Source: Myxococcota bacterium
GTDB taxonomy: Bacteria; Myxococcota_A; UBA9160; UBA6930
DNA length: 64,000 nucleotides
Reading direction: 5' to 3'
Assembly (NCBI GenBank): GCA_965223705.1
Contig: OZ245015.1
Coordinates: forward strand, 1,312,001 to 1,376,000
Shown here: positions 45,941 to 56,359 of the stretch, one piece after another
How the letters are laid out: every line of letters begins with the position of its first letter
Numbering within the stretch: the first letter of the stretch is position 1
Translations under genes and position numbers: made by a program
Notes under the pieces: generated by a model
Seen by the model: the letters and a program-made list of their open reading frames with translations, nothing else
What the model was told of the DNA's origin: nothing
The model's database searches: none

Positions 45941-47298
45941 TGGCGGAAATTCTGATCGTCGACGACGAAGAGGACATCCGTCGCTCCCTGGCCGGAATCC
46001 TCGAGGACGAGGGCTTCGCGACGCGGGTCGCCCACGACGGTGACACGGCTCTCGACGAGGTGCGGAAGGAGGCGCCCGACGGGGTGCTCCTCGATATCGC
46101 CATGCCCGGACGGGACGGACTCGCGATCCTCGAGGAGCTCAGGCACACGTGGCCCGAGCTCCCCGTCGTGATGATGAGCGGGCACGGCACCATCGAAACC
46201 GCCGTCCGCGCGACCCAGCTCGGCGCTTTCGACTTCATCGAGAAGCCGCTCTCCGTCGATAAAATCCTGCTTACGATTCGCCACGCACTCGAGCAATCGC
46301 GGCTGGTCTCGGAGAACCGGAGGCTCCAGGCCGCAGCGATCCGGGCCCACGACATCCTCGGCGAGTCCGAACCGGTGAGGCGGCTGCAGGAGCAGATCCG
46401 CCAGGCCGCCCCGACCAACGGCTGGGCGCTCATCACGGGAGAAAACGGGACTGGTAAGGAGCTGGTCGCGCGCCAGATCCACGTCCATAGCCGGCGTGCG
46501 AGCGGACCTTTCGTCGAAGTGAACTGCGCCGCAATCCCCGAGGAGCTGATCGAATCCGAGTTGTTCGGTCACGAAAAGGGCGCGTTTACCGGCGCGATCG
46601 CGCAAAAGCGGGGCAAGTTCGAGCTCGCCGATCGCGGCACGATCTTCCTCGACGAGATCGCGGACATGAGCCTCCGGACCCAGGCGAAGATCCTCCGCAT
46701 CCTGCAGGAGCACAAGTTCGAACGCGTCGGCGGGACCGAGACGATCACGGTCGACGTGCGGGTGATTGCCGCGACAAACAAAGGCCTCGAACAGGAGATA
46801 CAAGACGGCAACTTCCGCGAAGATCTCTACTACCGACTGAACGTGATTCCGTTTCACGTGCCGCCCCTGCGCGAGCGTCGGGGCGACATCCCGATCCTCG
46901 TCCGGGCCTTCGCCGCGGAGTTCTGCGCCGAATCGGGCACGCCCACGAAAGAGGTCGCGCCACGCGCGATGCAGACGCTGCAGGGCTACGCCTGGCCCGG
47001 AAACGTGCGCGAGCTGCGGAATCTGATGGAGCGCTTGGTGCTGATGACGCCGGGGGCGCGCATCACGGTGGGGGATCTACCCGAGGATCTCCGCGAGAGC
47101 GGACAGCGCGAAGACTACGCCGGTCAGTCCCTCGAGGAGGCGCGCAAAGCGTTCGAACGCCGCTTCTTGACCGAGCGATTGAACGAGAACGAGGGGAACA
47201 TCTCGCGCACCGCAGAAGCGGTGGGGATCGCGCGCGAGAGCCTCTCGAGAAAACTCCGCCAGTACGGCATCACCGGGCCTCGCGATCGTGCGTCCTGA
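45940..47298 (+). CDS. ntrX: NtrX-like sigma54-dependent response regulator
   Basis: REC (VDDE, LLDIAMPG), GENGTGKE, ESELFGHEKGAFTGA, WPGNVRELRN, Fis HTH. Confidence 0.88.
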   Translation: MAEILIVDDEEDIRRSLAGILEDEGFATRVAHDGDTALDEVRKEAPDGVLLDIAMPGRDGLAILEELRHTWPELPVVMMSGHGTIETAVRATQLGAFDFIEKPLSVDKILLTIRHALEQSRLVSENRRLQAAAIRAHDILGESEPVRRLQEQIRQAAPTNGWALITGENGTGKELVARQIHVHSRRASGPFVEVNCAAIPEELIESELFGHEKGAFTGAIAQKRGKFELADRGTIFLDEIADMSLRTQAKILRILQEHKFERVGGTETITVDVRVIAATNKGLEQEIQDGNFREDLYYRLNVIPFHVPPLRERRGDIPILVRAFAAEFCAESGTPTKEVAPRAMQTLQGYAWPGNVRELRNLMERLVLMTPGARITVGDLPEDLRESGQREDYAGQSLEEARKAFERRFLTERLNENEGNISRTAEAVGIARESLSRKLRQYGITGPRDRAS

Positions 47299-47800
47299 TG
47301 CCTCGGTCCGCGTGCGACGCGCCGCGGACAGCGATCTGGCGGCGCTGGTCGCCATCGCAAAGCGGTGTTTCTCGGATCCCTGGAGCCTTGCGAGCTTCGC
47401 CGAGGAACTGCGGCTGCGCGATTCGGCCGTTTGGGTCGGGGAGGTCGGCGCGTCGTGCGCTGCCTACGCGTGTCTCCGGTTTATCTGCGGCGAGGCGCAC
47501 GTGTTGTCGCTCGGGGTCGCCCCGGAAGCGCGCCGCCGCGGCCTTGCGCGAAGACTGCTCTCGGCCGGGCTCGGCGATCGCGAGCGGCGACCGCTCGTCG
47601 CGGCCCATCTCGAAGTCCGCAGCGGGAACCGCGGCGCCCAGGCGTTCTACCGGTCGCTCGGCTTCGAGGTCGTCGGACGGCGACGCCGTTACTACACGGA
47701 CGGAGAGGACGCGCTGCTGATGACGCGCTTGCTTCGCCGGCCCGCGTCGCGTCGCGCCCCGGAAGTGGAACCCGATTCCGGCGTAAGGTCGGGCGCGTGA
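47288..47800 (+). CDS. rimI: Ribosomal protein S18-alanine N-acetyltransferase
   Basis: CFSDPWS, LGVAPEARRRGLA, LEVRSGN, RRRYY..GEDALLM. Confidence 0.85.
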   Translation: MRPDASVRVRRAADSDLAALVAIAKRCFSDPWSLASFAEELRLRDSAVWVGEVGASCAAYACLRFICGEAHVLSLGVAPEARRRGLARRLLSAGLGDRERRPLVAAHLEVRSGNRGAQAFYRSLGFEVVGRRRRYYTDGEDALLMTRLLRRPASRRAPEVEPDSGVRSGA

Positions 47801-48606
47801 CCACGCCGCCGCGCTCCCTCGCTCGCGTGATCGAGAACGCCCCGGAAGGAGAGGCGGGCTGGCGACTGCGCCTGGCCCTCGACGAACCGTGGCCGGCCGC
47901 GACTCCCGGCCAGTTCGTGATGCTCTCGGCGGGCGCGCAAACCGACGTGTTGCGAGACGATCCGCTCTTGCCGCGACCCATGGCGATCTACCGCGTGGAC
48001 GGCGCCGCCTTCGATGTCCTCTACAAGGTCGTCGGTCGCGGGACCGGGCTCCTGGCACAGGCCCGCACCGGAGACCGGATCCGCGTCGTCGGACCCCTCG
48101 GACGAGGTTTTTCCGTGCCGACAGAACCCGGGCGGATGGTGCTCGTCGGAGGGGGAACCGGGATCGCGTCGCTCTACGACCTGGCGCGCACGGCTTCCGA
48201 CCTCCACGCGGTGAAGGTGCTCCTCGGAGCGCGCAGCGGCGGGGAGATTCTCGGGCGCGCCGATTTTGCGGCACTACCGCTTGAACTCGCCATCGCGACT
48301 GACGACGGAAGCGAGGGACATCAGGGTCTTGTGACCGAATTGCTAGAGCACGACTTGAAGGGTTCGGCCGATCCTCCGAGCGTGGTCTATGCGTGCGGTC
48401 CAACGCCGATGATGGAACGCGCAGCCGACGTGTGCCGGTCGGAGGGAGTCCGCTGCGAGGTGTCGCTCGAGAACCGCATGGCCTGCGGTATCGGGGTTTG
48501 TCTGGGATGCGCCGCGCCCCGCCGCGACGGGCAAGGCTTCCACCTCGTCTGTCGTGACGGGCCGGTGTTTGACGAAGCGCAGCTCGAGTGGTCGGGGCTT
48601 CCGTGA
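47797..48606 (+). CDS. pyrK: Dihydroorotate dehydrogenase electron transfer subunit
   Basis: PGQFVML, LPRPMAI, GGGTGIA, CGPTPMM, MACGIGVCLGC, CRDGPVF. Confidence 0.92.
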   Translation: MTTPPRSLARVIENAPEGEAGWRLRLALDEPWPAATPGQFVMLSAGAQTDVLRDDPLLPRPMAIYRVDGAAFDVLYKVVGRGTGLLAQARTGDRIRVVGPLGRGFSVPTEPGRMVLVGGGTGIASLYDLARTASDLHAVKVLLGARSGGEILGRADFAALPLELAIATDDGSEGHQGLVTELLEHDLKGSADPPSVVYACGPTPMMERAADVCRSEGVRCEVSLENRMACGIGVCLGCAAPRRDGQGFHLVCRDGPVFDEAQLEWSGLP

Positions 48607-49523
48607 AACCGGATCTACGGATCGAGTTTGCCGGACTCAGGCTCCGCAACCCGGTGCTCGCGGCTTCGGGCACCTTCGGTTACGGCCTCGAGATGGCTCC
48701 CCACACCGATCTCGAAAAGATCGGTGGCTTCGTCGCGAAGAGCCTCACCCTCGCGCCGCGCCACGGCAATCGACCCCCGCGGATTTCGGAAGTCTCGTCG
48801 GGGATGCTGAACTCGATCAGTCTCGAGAACGTCGGCGTCGACGCGTTCCTCGGGGAAAAGGTCCCGGCGCTGCCCCAAGGCGTGACGCTGATCGCGAGCG
48901 TGTTCGGGACCGAGGTCGCGCACTACGCGGAAGCGGCGTCGCGTCTGTCTTCGGAGCCCCGGGTTGCCGCCATCGAGATCAATGCCTCCTGTCCGCACGT
49001 CGCGAGCGGCGGCATCGAGTTCGGTCAGCGGGCGGAGATTCTCGCGGAGCTGGTCCGCGCGGTTCGCGTCGCCACGACCCGCCCGCTCCTCGTGAAACTC
49101 TCGCCGAACGTGACGGATATCGCCGCGATGGCGCGGGTGTGCGAGGGGGAAGGGGCGGACGGCATTTGTCTCATCAACGCTGTGCAGGCCATGGACGTCG
49201 ATGTCGCGACGCGGAGGCCCGTCCTGTGGAACGGTCTCGGCGGGCTCTCGGGGCCTGCGATTCGACCGATCGCGCTGCGGATGGTGTGGCAGTGCGCGCA
49301 GGCGGTGTCGATTCCCATCTGCGGCATCGGCGGGGTCAGCGGGGCGGAAGACGTCTTGAAGTTCCTGCTCTGCGGTGCGCGCGCCGTCCAGGTCGGGACG
49401 GCGAACTACATCGATCCCGCGATCACCGCGACGATCGTCGACGATCTCGCCGCCCACTGCACCCGGGAAGGCGTCGCTCGAATCGAAGAATACGTCGGGG
49501 CTCTCGCCGCGCCGCGTTGGTGA
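48603..49523 (+). CDS. pyrD: Dihydroorotate dehydrogenase type 1B, catalytic subunit
   Basis: ASGTFGYG, EINASCPHV, VKLSPNVTDI, GGLSGPAIRPIALR. Confidence 0.94.
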   Translation: MKPDLRIEFAGLRLRNPVLAASGTFGYGLEMAPHTDLEKIGGFVAKSLTLAPRHGNRPPRISEVSSGMLNSISLENVGVDAFLGEKVPALPQGVTLIASVFGTEVAHYAEAASRLSSEPRVAAIEINASCPHVASGGIEFGQRAEILAELVRAVRVATTRPLLVKLSPNVTDIAAMARVCEGEGADGICLINAVQAMDVDVATRRPVLWNGLGGLSGPAIRPIALRMVWQCAQAVSIPICGIGGVSGAEDVLKFLLCGARAVQVGTANYIDPAITATIVDDLAAHCTREGVARIEEYVGALAAPRW

Positions 49524-49564
49524 TTTTTCGGGGCCCGGAGCCTCGCAGGGGCGGTGTGGCTTGG

Positions 49565-49593
49565 TTGCCAAGTCCAGGTGTCTTCGGTACTTT
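49565..49593 (+). promoter_or_regulatory. sigma70-type promoter of the rimP-nusA-infB operon
   Basis: TTGCCA-N17-TACTTT. Confidence 0.6.
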
Positions 49594-49616
49594 TTCCGCT
49601 TAAGCGGCGCCTGTAC

Positions 49617-49641
49617 AAGCGGACCGAGGTCCGCTTTTTTT
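49617..49641 (+). terminator. Intrinsic terminator/attenuator in the rimP leader
   Basis: AAGCGGAC-CGAG-GTCCGCTT with a T7 run at 49635-49641. Confidence 0.8.
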
Positions 49642-49722
49642 ATGCCCGCGCGCGACTTGTGGGGTTTTGCGCAGCGCCTTGTCGGGCTCCCCATGAGGGC
49701 GACTTGGGCGGTAGATGAGCGG

Positions 49723-50214
49723 ATGTACCGAGACATACCCGAGGACTTGCGAGCTTTGATCGAGCCGTTGGCCTTAGAACACGGGCTGGAACTCGTCGAC
49801 GTGTTTGTGCCCAGCGGGCGGGGTCCCGGGCGCCTCTCGGTCGTCGTCGACACGCCGAGCGGCGACGGCCGCGTGCCGATCGAGCAATGCGCGGCGCTCT
49901 CTCGGGAGCTGTCGACTCAGCTCGATGCAGCCGACCAGTTCGACGGGCGCTACACGCTGGAAGTGACCTCGCCCGGTCTCGACCGCGTGCTCGCCCGCGA
50001 GAAGGATTTTCACCGCGCTTGCGGTTCCGACATCAAGATCGAAACCCGCACGCCCGTCGATGGGGCGCGCAGGTTTCGCGGCAAACTCCTAGCGTTTCAA
50101 GATGGCGAAGCGCGGCTTTCCGTCGATGGATGCGAGCGGGTCATTCCCTTTGAGGAAGTGGCCCGCGCCAAGAGCATCTACGAGTTCAGCCGCGAGGATT
50201 TCGCCAAGCCCTGA
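49723..50214 (+). CDS. rimP: Ribosome maturation factor
   Basis: GLELVDV, IEQCAALSRELS, YTLEVTSPGLDR, RRFRGKL; precedes nusA. Confidence 0.92.
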   Translation: MYRDIPEDLRALIEPLALEHGLELVDVFVPSGRGPGRLSVVVDTPSGDGRVPIEQCAALSRELSTQLDAADQFDGRYTLEVTSPGLDRVLAREKDFHRACGSDIKIETRTPVDGARRFRGKLLAFQDGEARLSVDGCERVIPFEEVARAKSIYEFSREDFAKP

Positions 50215-50225
50215 GGTGATCCAAC

Positions 50226-51587
50226 ATGAATATCGTTCCGCTCCGTCGAGAAATCGACCAGATCGCCAAGGACAAAGGAATCGACCGCGCGACCATCGTC
50301 GACGCGCTGGAAGAAGCGATGCGCCAGGCGGCGCGCCGCAAGTTCGGCCAGGAGCGCGAGATCGAAGCGCGTTTCAACGATGAGCTCGGCGAAATCGAGC
50401 TGTTCGAATTCCGCGAAGTCGTCGAGAACGTCGACGATCCGAACACCCAGATCAGCTTGAGCGGGGCGCACGCGTTCGATCCCGAGGCCGAGCTCGGCGA
50501 CGAGATCGGCGTCAAGCTCGAGGCGGCTGGTTTCGGTCGGATCCTCGCGCAGACCGCGAAGCAAGTGATCATCCAGCGGGTTCGCGACGCCGAGCGCGAC
50601 ATCGTCTACGAGGAGTACAAGGACCGAAAGGGTGAGATCGTCAACGGCATCGTCCGACGCTTCGAAAAAGGCGCCATCATCGTCGACCTGGGGCGCGCCG
50701 AGGCGGTGATCCCGCCCAAGGACCAAGTGCCCCGCGAGACCTACCGCCCGGGCGATCGGATCCGGGCGTACGTGCGCGAGATCAATCGCGTGAGCAAAGG
50801 GCCGCAGATCGTGCTCTCCCGCAGCTGCATCGAGATGCTGACGAAGCTCTTCGAGCAGGAAGTCCCCGAGATGTACGAGGGCATCGTCACCATCGAGTCC
50901 GCCGCACGCGAGCCGGGGGCGCGCTCGAAGATCGCGGTCGCGTCGCGCGACGGCGATGTCGATCCCGTCGGCGCGTGCGTCGGCATGAAGGGCAGCCGTG
51001 TCCAGGCGGTGGTGCAAGAGCTCCGCGGCGAGCGGATCGACATCGTTCCGTGGAGCCCGGACACGGCGCGGTACGTGTGCAGCGCACTCGCGCCGGCGCA
51101 GGTTTCGAAGGTCATCATCGACGAGGCGGAAAAGTCGCTCGACGTCATCGTGCCCGACGATCAGCTCTCTCTCGCCATCGGGCGGAAAGGCCAAAACGTA
51201 CGGCTCGCCGTGCAGCTTTCGGGCTGGAAGATCGACATCAAGAGCGAATCGAAGATGCGCGAAGTGGCGCAGTGGATCGCCGAAGCGGTCTCCATCGTCG
51301 AGGGGTGCGGCGACCCGGAAGCCGAGCTCTTGCTGCAGCGCGGTATCACCTCTCTCGAGGATTTGGCCGCGTGTCAAACCGAATTGTTGGCGTCGCTGCC
51401 GGGTATCGATGAGGCGGGCGCCGAAGGCATCAAGGCGCGAGCGGCTGAGCTCGCGGTGCAAAAAGCCGCCGAGGCGGCAGAGGCAGCTGCGGCGGCAGAA
51501 GCTGAAGCGGCGCGCGAAGCGGCACTGGCTGCAGAAGCGCCTGCGGACGCGCCCACGGCAGGCGGAAGCGAGGAGGCGACCGCCTAG
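50226..51587 (+). CDS. nusA: Transcription termination/antitermination factor
   Basis: FGRILAQTAKQVI, EVPEMYEG, AREPGARSKIAV, GACVGMKGSRV, AIGRKGQNVRLA. Confidence 0.97.
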   Translation: MNIVPLRREIDQIAKDKGIDRATIVDALEEAMRQAARRKFGQEREIEARFNDELGEIELFEFREVVENVDDPNTQISLSGAHAFDPEAELGDEIGVKLEAAGFGRILAQTAKQVIIQRVRDAERDIVYEEYKDRKGEIVNGIVRRFEKGAIIVDLGRAEAVIPPKDQVPRETYRPGDRIRAYVREINRVSKGPQIVLSRSCIEMLTKLFEQEVPEMYEGIVTIESAAREPGARSKIAVASRDGDVDPVGACVGMKGSRVQAVVQELRGERIDIVPWSPDTARYVCSALAPAQVSKVIIDEAEKSLDVIVPDDQLSLAIGRKGQNVRLAVQLSGWKIDIKSESKMREVAQWIAEAVSIVEGCGDPEAELLLQRGITSLEDLAACQTELLASLPGIDEAGAEGIKARAAELAVQKAAEAAEAAAAAEAEAAREAALAAEAPADAPTAGGSEEATA

Positions 51588-51598
51588 GCGGGAAACTT

Positions 51599-54091
51599 AT
51601 GGCGAATATCAGAGCCTACAAGCTCGCGGAAGAGCTCGGAATCGAGCGCAACGAGTTCGTCGACAAGGCGAAGACCTTGGGCGTCGACTTGAAGAGCGCC
51701 ATGGCCGCGATCGGGGAAGAGGAAGCCGCCATGCTTCGCGAGAAGCTCGGCGAGAAGCGCCGCAAGGACGTGACGGAAGCGCGCGTCGAGCGTCGTGGCG
51801 GCTCCGCCGTGATTCGCCGGCGGAAGCGAAAAGCGAAACCGGAACCGCCGCCGCCCCCGGAGCCCGAACCCGAGCCGGCGCCTGTCGAAGCGACTCCCGA
51901 AGAGCCCGCTGCGCCCGCGCCGCCCGTCGAGTCACCCGTCGTCGAGGAGCCGCCGCCCGTTCCCGAGCAGGTCGAGCCGGTGGAAGCGCCGCCGGTCGTC
52001 GCACCTCCGGTCGAGCCACAGCCCCCCGTCGCGACGCCCGAGGCGCCCGCGCCTGCGGTCGCCGCGTCCGCTGCGCCCGAGGCACCGGCCGCACCCGCAC
52101 CGGGCCCGGCCGAGTCGGGCGATCGCGGCCGCGTCGCGCCGGCGGACCGGAAAGGGACGAAGCGCAAGCAGTTCAAAGAAGTCGTCAACCTGCGCGAGCA
52201 GGAGCAGATCGCCCGCCAGGTCACCAGCCGTACCACCGGTCGGCAGCAACCGGTCATCGCGAACCCGAGAAACTTCGCCAGCCAAAAGCGACGCGGAAAG
52301 AAGGCCGCGCCCGCAGCGGCAGCGGCGCCGAAAGCCCAGAAGCGCGTCGTGCGCGTCGACGGCTCCATCAGCGTCGCCGAGCTCGCGAAACAGCTCGGTG
52401 CGAAAGCGGCAGACGTGCAGGGGCGCTTGATGGGGCTCGGCACGATGGTGTCAGTCAACCAAGCGATCGAGGCCTCGGTTGCCGCGGAAGTCGCCAAGCA
52501 GTTCGGTTTCGAAGTTCAGGACGTGGGCTTCCAAGAAGAGGCCGTCCTGTCTCAGACCACCGAAGAAACGAGCGAAGGGCAGCCGCGGCCCCCGGTGGTG
52601 ACGGTCATGGGACACGTCGACCACGGGAAAACGACGCTGCTCGACGCGTTGCGCGAAGCGAACGTGGTCGAGGGAGAAGCGGGCGGCATTACGCAGCACA
52701 TCGGTGCGTACCAGGCCCGGCTCGGTTCGAACGTCATCACCTTTATCGATACGCCGGGCCACGCGGCGTTCACCGCGATGCGTGCGCGCGGAGCTGAGGT
52801 GACGGACATCGTCATTCTCGTCATCGCGGCGACCGACGGCATCATGCCCCAGACCGTCGAGGCGATCGATCACGCGAAAGCCGCAGGAGTTCCGATCGTC
52901 GTCGCCGTGAACAAGACCGACCTGCCCGACGCGAACTCTCAGATGGCGCGTCAGCGACTGATGGAACACGACCTCGTCCCGGAAGAGTTCGGTGGCGACG
53001 TGCAGTGCATCGATATCTCGGCGCTGAAGAAGACCGGGCTCGATGCATTGCTCGAAGCCGTGGTGCTTCAGTCGGAGCTTCTGGAGCTTACGGGCGACGC
53101 GACCTTGCGCGCCGAAGGCGTGGTGCTCGAAGCGCAACTCGATCGCGGTCGCGGTCCCGTAGCGACCGTGCTCGTCAAGACCGGGACGCTCCATCGGGGA
53201 GACACGGTCGTCGTCGGCACCGTTTCGGGTCGCGTCCGCTCGATGCTGAACGAGCACGGCGAGAACCTGAAAGAGGCCGGCCCATCGACGCCCGTGCGTT
53301 TGGTGGGGCTCTCGGCGGTTCCCAGTGCGGGTGAAGCGTTCAACGTCGTCGAGTCCGAGCGCGTCGCCAAGCAGATCATCGCTCACCGGGAAGACGAGCG
53401 ACGGGCGACTCCCGAGGCCGCAGCGCGGCCCCAGGTGTCGCTTGAAGATCTCTTCGCGCAAGCGGAGGGCGACGGCCCGCGGGAGCTCAACGTCGTGGTG
53501 AAGGCCGACACACAGGGCTCGGCCGAAGCGCTCCGCGACTCGCTCCTCTCGATCGACAGCGACAAAGTCAATCTGTCGGTCATCCACAGCGCCGTCGGCG
53601 CCGTGACCGAGAGCGATGTTCAGCTCGCGAAGGCCAGCGACGCCATCGTTGTGGGTTTCCACGTTCGACCCGACAATGCCGGAAGAAAAGCCGCCGAGCA
53701 GATGGGTGTCGATGTACGCACGCACCAGATCATCTACGAAGCGATCGACAGTGTGCGCACGGCGATGGCCGGTTTGCTGCCGCCGAACACCGAGGAGAAG
53801 TACCTCGGCCGCGCGGAGGTCAAGCAGACGTTCACGATTCCGAAGACCGGAACGATCGCGGGAAGCCAAGTCACCGACGGCCTGATCCGGCGATCGGCGT
53901 CGTGTCGGCTGCTGCGGGACGGCGTCCAGATCTATCAGGGCAAGTTCTCGTCGCTGAAGCGCTTCAAGGACGACGCGCGGGAAGTCCAAAACGGCCTCGA
54001 GTGCGGTATCGGAATCGAGGGCTACAACGACGTCAAAGTCGGAGATGTGATCGAAGCCTTTGAGGTCGAGGAAAAGGCCGCCGAGCTCTAG
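51599..54091 (+). CDS. infB: Translation initiation factor IF-2
   Basis: [40 protein letters not shown]. Confidence 0.97.
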   Translation: MANIRAYKLAEELGIERNEFVDKAKTLGVDLKSAMAAIGEEEAAMLREKLGEKRRKDVTEARVERRGGSAVIRRRKRKAKPEPPPPPEPEPEPAPVEATPEEPAAPAPPVESPVVEEPPPVPEQVEPVEAPPVVAPPVEPQPPVATPEAPAPAVAASAAPEAPAAPAPGPAESGDRGRVAPADRKGTKRKQFKEVVNLREQEQIARQVTSRTTGRQQPVIANPRNFASQKRRGKKAAPAAAAAPKAQKRVVRVDGSISVAELAKQLGAKAADVQGRLMGLGTMVSVNQAIEASVAAEVAKQFGFEVQDVGFQEEAVLSQTTEETSEGQPRPPVVTVMGHVDHGKTTLLDALREANVVEGEAGGITQHIGAYQARLGSNVITFIDTPGHAAFTAMRARGAEVTDIVILVIAATDGIMPQTVEAIDHAKAAGVPIVVAVNKTDLPDANSQMARQRLMEHDLVPEEFGGDVQCIDISALKKTGLDALLEAVVLQSELLELTGDATLRAEGVVLEAQLDRGRGPVATVLVKTGTLHRGDTVVVGTVSGRVRSMLNEHGENLKEAGPSTPVRLVGLSAVPSAGEAFNVVESERVAKQIIAHREDERRATPEAAARPQVSLEDLFAQAEGDGPRELNVVVKADTQGSAEALRDSLLSIDSDKVNLSVIHSAVGAVTESDVQLAKASDAIVVGFHVRPDNAGRKAAEQMGVDVRTHQIIYEAIDSVRTAMAGLLPPNTEEKYLGRAEVKQTFTIPKTGTIAGSQVTDGLIRRSASCRLLRDGVQIYQGKFSSLKRFKDDAREVQNGLECGIGIEGYNDVKVGDVIEAFEVEEKAAEL

Positions 54092-54103
54092 GCGCGTCCG
54101 CCC

Positions 54104-54448
54104 ATGGTCGTCGGCGCAGCGCGGGTCGAGCTTTGGGTCGAGGGGTCGCGCTCGCTCAAACAAAAGCGGGGGGTGGTCCGCGCGATTGCCGCTCGCGTCA
54201 CAAACCGTTTCAATGTTTCACTCGCCGAGATCGAAGGGCAGGGTACGTGGCAAGTCGCCGTGCTGGGTGTGGCGGCCGTCGGCATGAGTGCGCAACCGCT
54301 CATGCGGCGTCTCGAGACGGTGATCGAGTTCATCGAGGAGCTTCACTTGGCCGAGGTGCGAGACCAGCAGATCGAAACCTGGTCGTTCGACGACGATCAC
54401 GATGGCGCGACCCTGGCCGACGGGTTCGCAGAAGAGGCCCCCGAATGA
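54104..54448 (+). CDS. DUF503 (YlxP-like) protein
   Basis: SLKQKRGVV, RFNVSLAE; usual position between infB and rbfA. Confidence 0.88.
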   Translation: MVVGAARVELWVEGSRSLKQKRGVVRAIAARVTNRFNVSLAEIEGQGTWQVAVLGVAAVGMSAQPLMRRLETVIEFIEELHLAEVRDQQIETWSFDDDHDGATLADGFAEEAPE

Positions 54449-54816
54449 CGCGACGGACCGAACGCGTGGGTGAAGTGATCCGAGCGGAGATGGCGCGTCT
54501 CCTGCGAGAGGAAACGAGCGATCCGCGGATCCGGCTCGTCACCTTGACCCGAATCGACCTGTCGCCGGATTTTCGCAACGCCCGCGTGTATTGGAGCAGT
54601 CCCGATGTCGATTCCCCGGAGACTGCGCTCGCGATGGGCGAAGGGCTCGCCAGCGCTGCTGGCTTCCTGCGTCGTCGACTGGCGGGCGAGCTCGAGATCA
54701 AGCGGGTTCCGCAACTCGAGTTCCGACACGATCCCTCGCTCGCGCTGGCGACGGAGACCCTGGCGCTGCTCCGCAGCGTGACCCACTCGGAGGACGCGGG
54801 CGATGGCGCGGAATAG
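54445..54816 (+). CDS. rbfA: Ribosome-binding factor A
   Basis: MTRRTERVGEVI, DPRI, LSPDFRNARVY, VPQLEFRHD. Confidence 0.92.
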   Translation: MTRRTERVGEVIRAEMARLLREETSDPRIRLVTLTRIDLSPDFRNARVYWSSPDVDSPETALAMGEGLASAAGFLRRRLAGELEIKRVPQLEFRHDPSLALATETLALLRSVTHSEDAGDGAE

Positions 54817-55741
54817 AAAGCGGCGAGAGCGTCCGGGACCGTCGGGTTTTCTGGTGGTCGACAAACCGAAAGGCATCACGTCTCACGACGTCGTCGACGC
54901 GGCGAGGCGGTGGTTCGGAACCCGTCGCATCGGACATTTGGGCACTCTCGATCCGTTGGCCACGGGCGTCTTGCCTCTGGCCGTGCGCGACGCGACGAAG
55001 CTCATCCCGTTCCTGCCCGAAGCGACGAAGCACTACAGCGGCACGATCCGCCTGGGCGAGGCGACGGATACCTTCGACGCCGAAGGGACGGTGATCAGCC
55101 GGCACGAGGGGCCTTTCCCGGAGCCCGAAACGGTGCGCCAGGTCCTCGCGGAATTCGAGGGCGACATCCTGCAACAGCCCCCGATGTTCAGTTCCGTGAA
55201 ACACGGCGGTGAGCCGCTCTACCGGTTGGCGAGACGCGGTGAGACCGTCGAACGCGAGCCGCGGAAAGTCCGGATCCACGAGATCTCGATGAAAGCCTAT
55301 ACGCCCCCCGACCTCGGCATCGACGTGCGCTGCACCCCGGGTACCTACGTTCGGGCCCTGGCGGATGATCTCGGTCAGCGCTTGGGGTGCGGCGCCCATC
55401 TCGCTGGATTGAGACGGCTCGCGAGCGGCTCGTTTTCGATCGAAGACGCGAAGACGCCGGAGGAACTCGACGCGTTGGCCGAAGCGGAGCTCGCCTCGGT
55501 CCTCGTCCCGCCGAACGAGGCTCTCGGAATCCCGGCGGTTCGAATACCCCGCGACGCCGTCGGCCGTGTCCGCAACGGCTCCGCCGTCCCGTGCCCACCG
55601 CTCGGCGGTCCTCCTCCGCGTCCGGGGGCCCGAGTGATGGTTGTGGACGACAACGAGCAAGGCGTCGCGCTGGGGGAAATTCGACCCGATCGTAAGATCC
55701 ATCCGCTGCGGGTGTTTCCGGCGGTAGAGCCTACGCATTGA
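54803..55741 (+). CDS. truB: tRNA pseudouridine(55) synthase
   Basis: DKPKGITSHDVV, GHLGTLDPLATGVL, PPMFSS, GTYVRALA. Confidence 0.95.
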   Translation: MARNRKRRERPGPSGFLVVDKPKGITSHDVVDAARRWFGTRRIGHLGTLDPLATGVLPLAVRDATKLIPFLPEATKHYSGTIRLGEATDTFDAEGTVISRHEGPFPEPETVRQVLAEFEGDILQQPPMFSSVKHGGEPLYRLARRGETVEREPRKVRIHEISMKAYTPPDLGIDVRCTPGTYVRALADDLGQRLGCGAHLAGLRRLASGSFSIEDAKTPEELDALAEAELASVLVPPNEALGIPAVRIPRDAVGRVRNGSAVPCPPLGGPPPRPGARVMVVDDNEQGVALGEIRPDRKIHPLRVFPAVEPTH

Positions 55742-55748
55742 CGCTCGG

Positions 55749-55777
55749 TTGCCCGGGCTTTTCGCCTCTGATAAACC
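55749..55777 (+). promoter_or_regulatory. Probable rpsO promoter
   Basis: TTGCCC-N17-TAAACC with TG of an extended -10. Confidence 0.45.
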
Positions 55778-55843
55778 TTCGCCGCTCGTCCGCCTTCGCG
55801 ACGGGTGGCTAGGCCGTAGAGGTGGGTGCCGAAAGGTCCGAAA

Positions 55844-56110
55844 GTGATTAGCGCCGAAAGCAAGCAACAGCTCATCGACAAATATCGAACGCACGAAAAG
55901 GACACCGGGTCGCCCGAGGTCCAGGTGGCGCTCCTCACGGAGCGGATCAACGGACTCCAGGATCACTTCCGCACCCACAAGAAGGATCATCACTCGCGGC
56001 GAGGGCTGCTCAAACTGGTCAGCCAGAGGCGTCGATTGCTGAACTACCTGCGGGGCTCATCGCAGGAGCGATATCAGTCGCTGATCGGGGAGCTCGGTCT
56101 CCGCCGCTAG
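55844..56110 (+). CDS. rpsO: 30S ribosomal protein S15
   Basis: [33 protein letters not shown]. Confidence 0.97.
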   Translation: MISAESKQQLIDKYRTHEKDTGSPEVQVALLTERINGLQDHFRTHKKDHHSRRGLLKLVSQRRRLLNYLRGSSQERYQSLIGELGLRR

Positions 56111-56222
56111 CGAAGCGAATTCCGCCTGAAAGGCAGGCGGCCATCCCGCACGTGTCATCTGATGGGCAGAAGGCACACGATGTGGCGGGGTTAACAGTAA
56201 GGGCGCGTCCCCCGAGAGCGAC

Positions 56223-56280
56223 GAATGTGGGAGTCGGTGATCGGCGAAGCTGGCCTTCTCCGATCCGCGATCCCGCATTC
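56223..56280 (+). promoter_or_regulatory. Long hairpin in the pnp 5' leader, candidate RNase III site
   Basis: GAATGTGGGA pairs with TCCCGCATTC; inner GATCGG/CCGATC and GAAG/CTTC. Confidence 0.55.
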
Positions 56281-56359
56281 ACGACCTAGGGCCCCCGGAC
56301 GCCCCATCCAGTCGTACCGAAACCCCACTTCAACCCGGGGTGTCGGTTAAGGGAAACAC

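Noticed and set aside
51840..52110. Pro/Ala/Glu-rich low-complexity stretch in infB as an insertion element
   Set aside because: Variable low-complexity N-terminal regions are normal for IF-2 and the frame is intact
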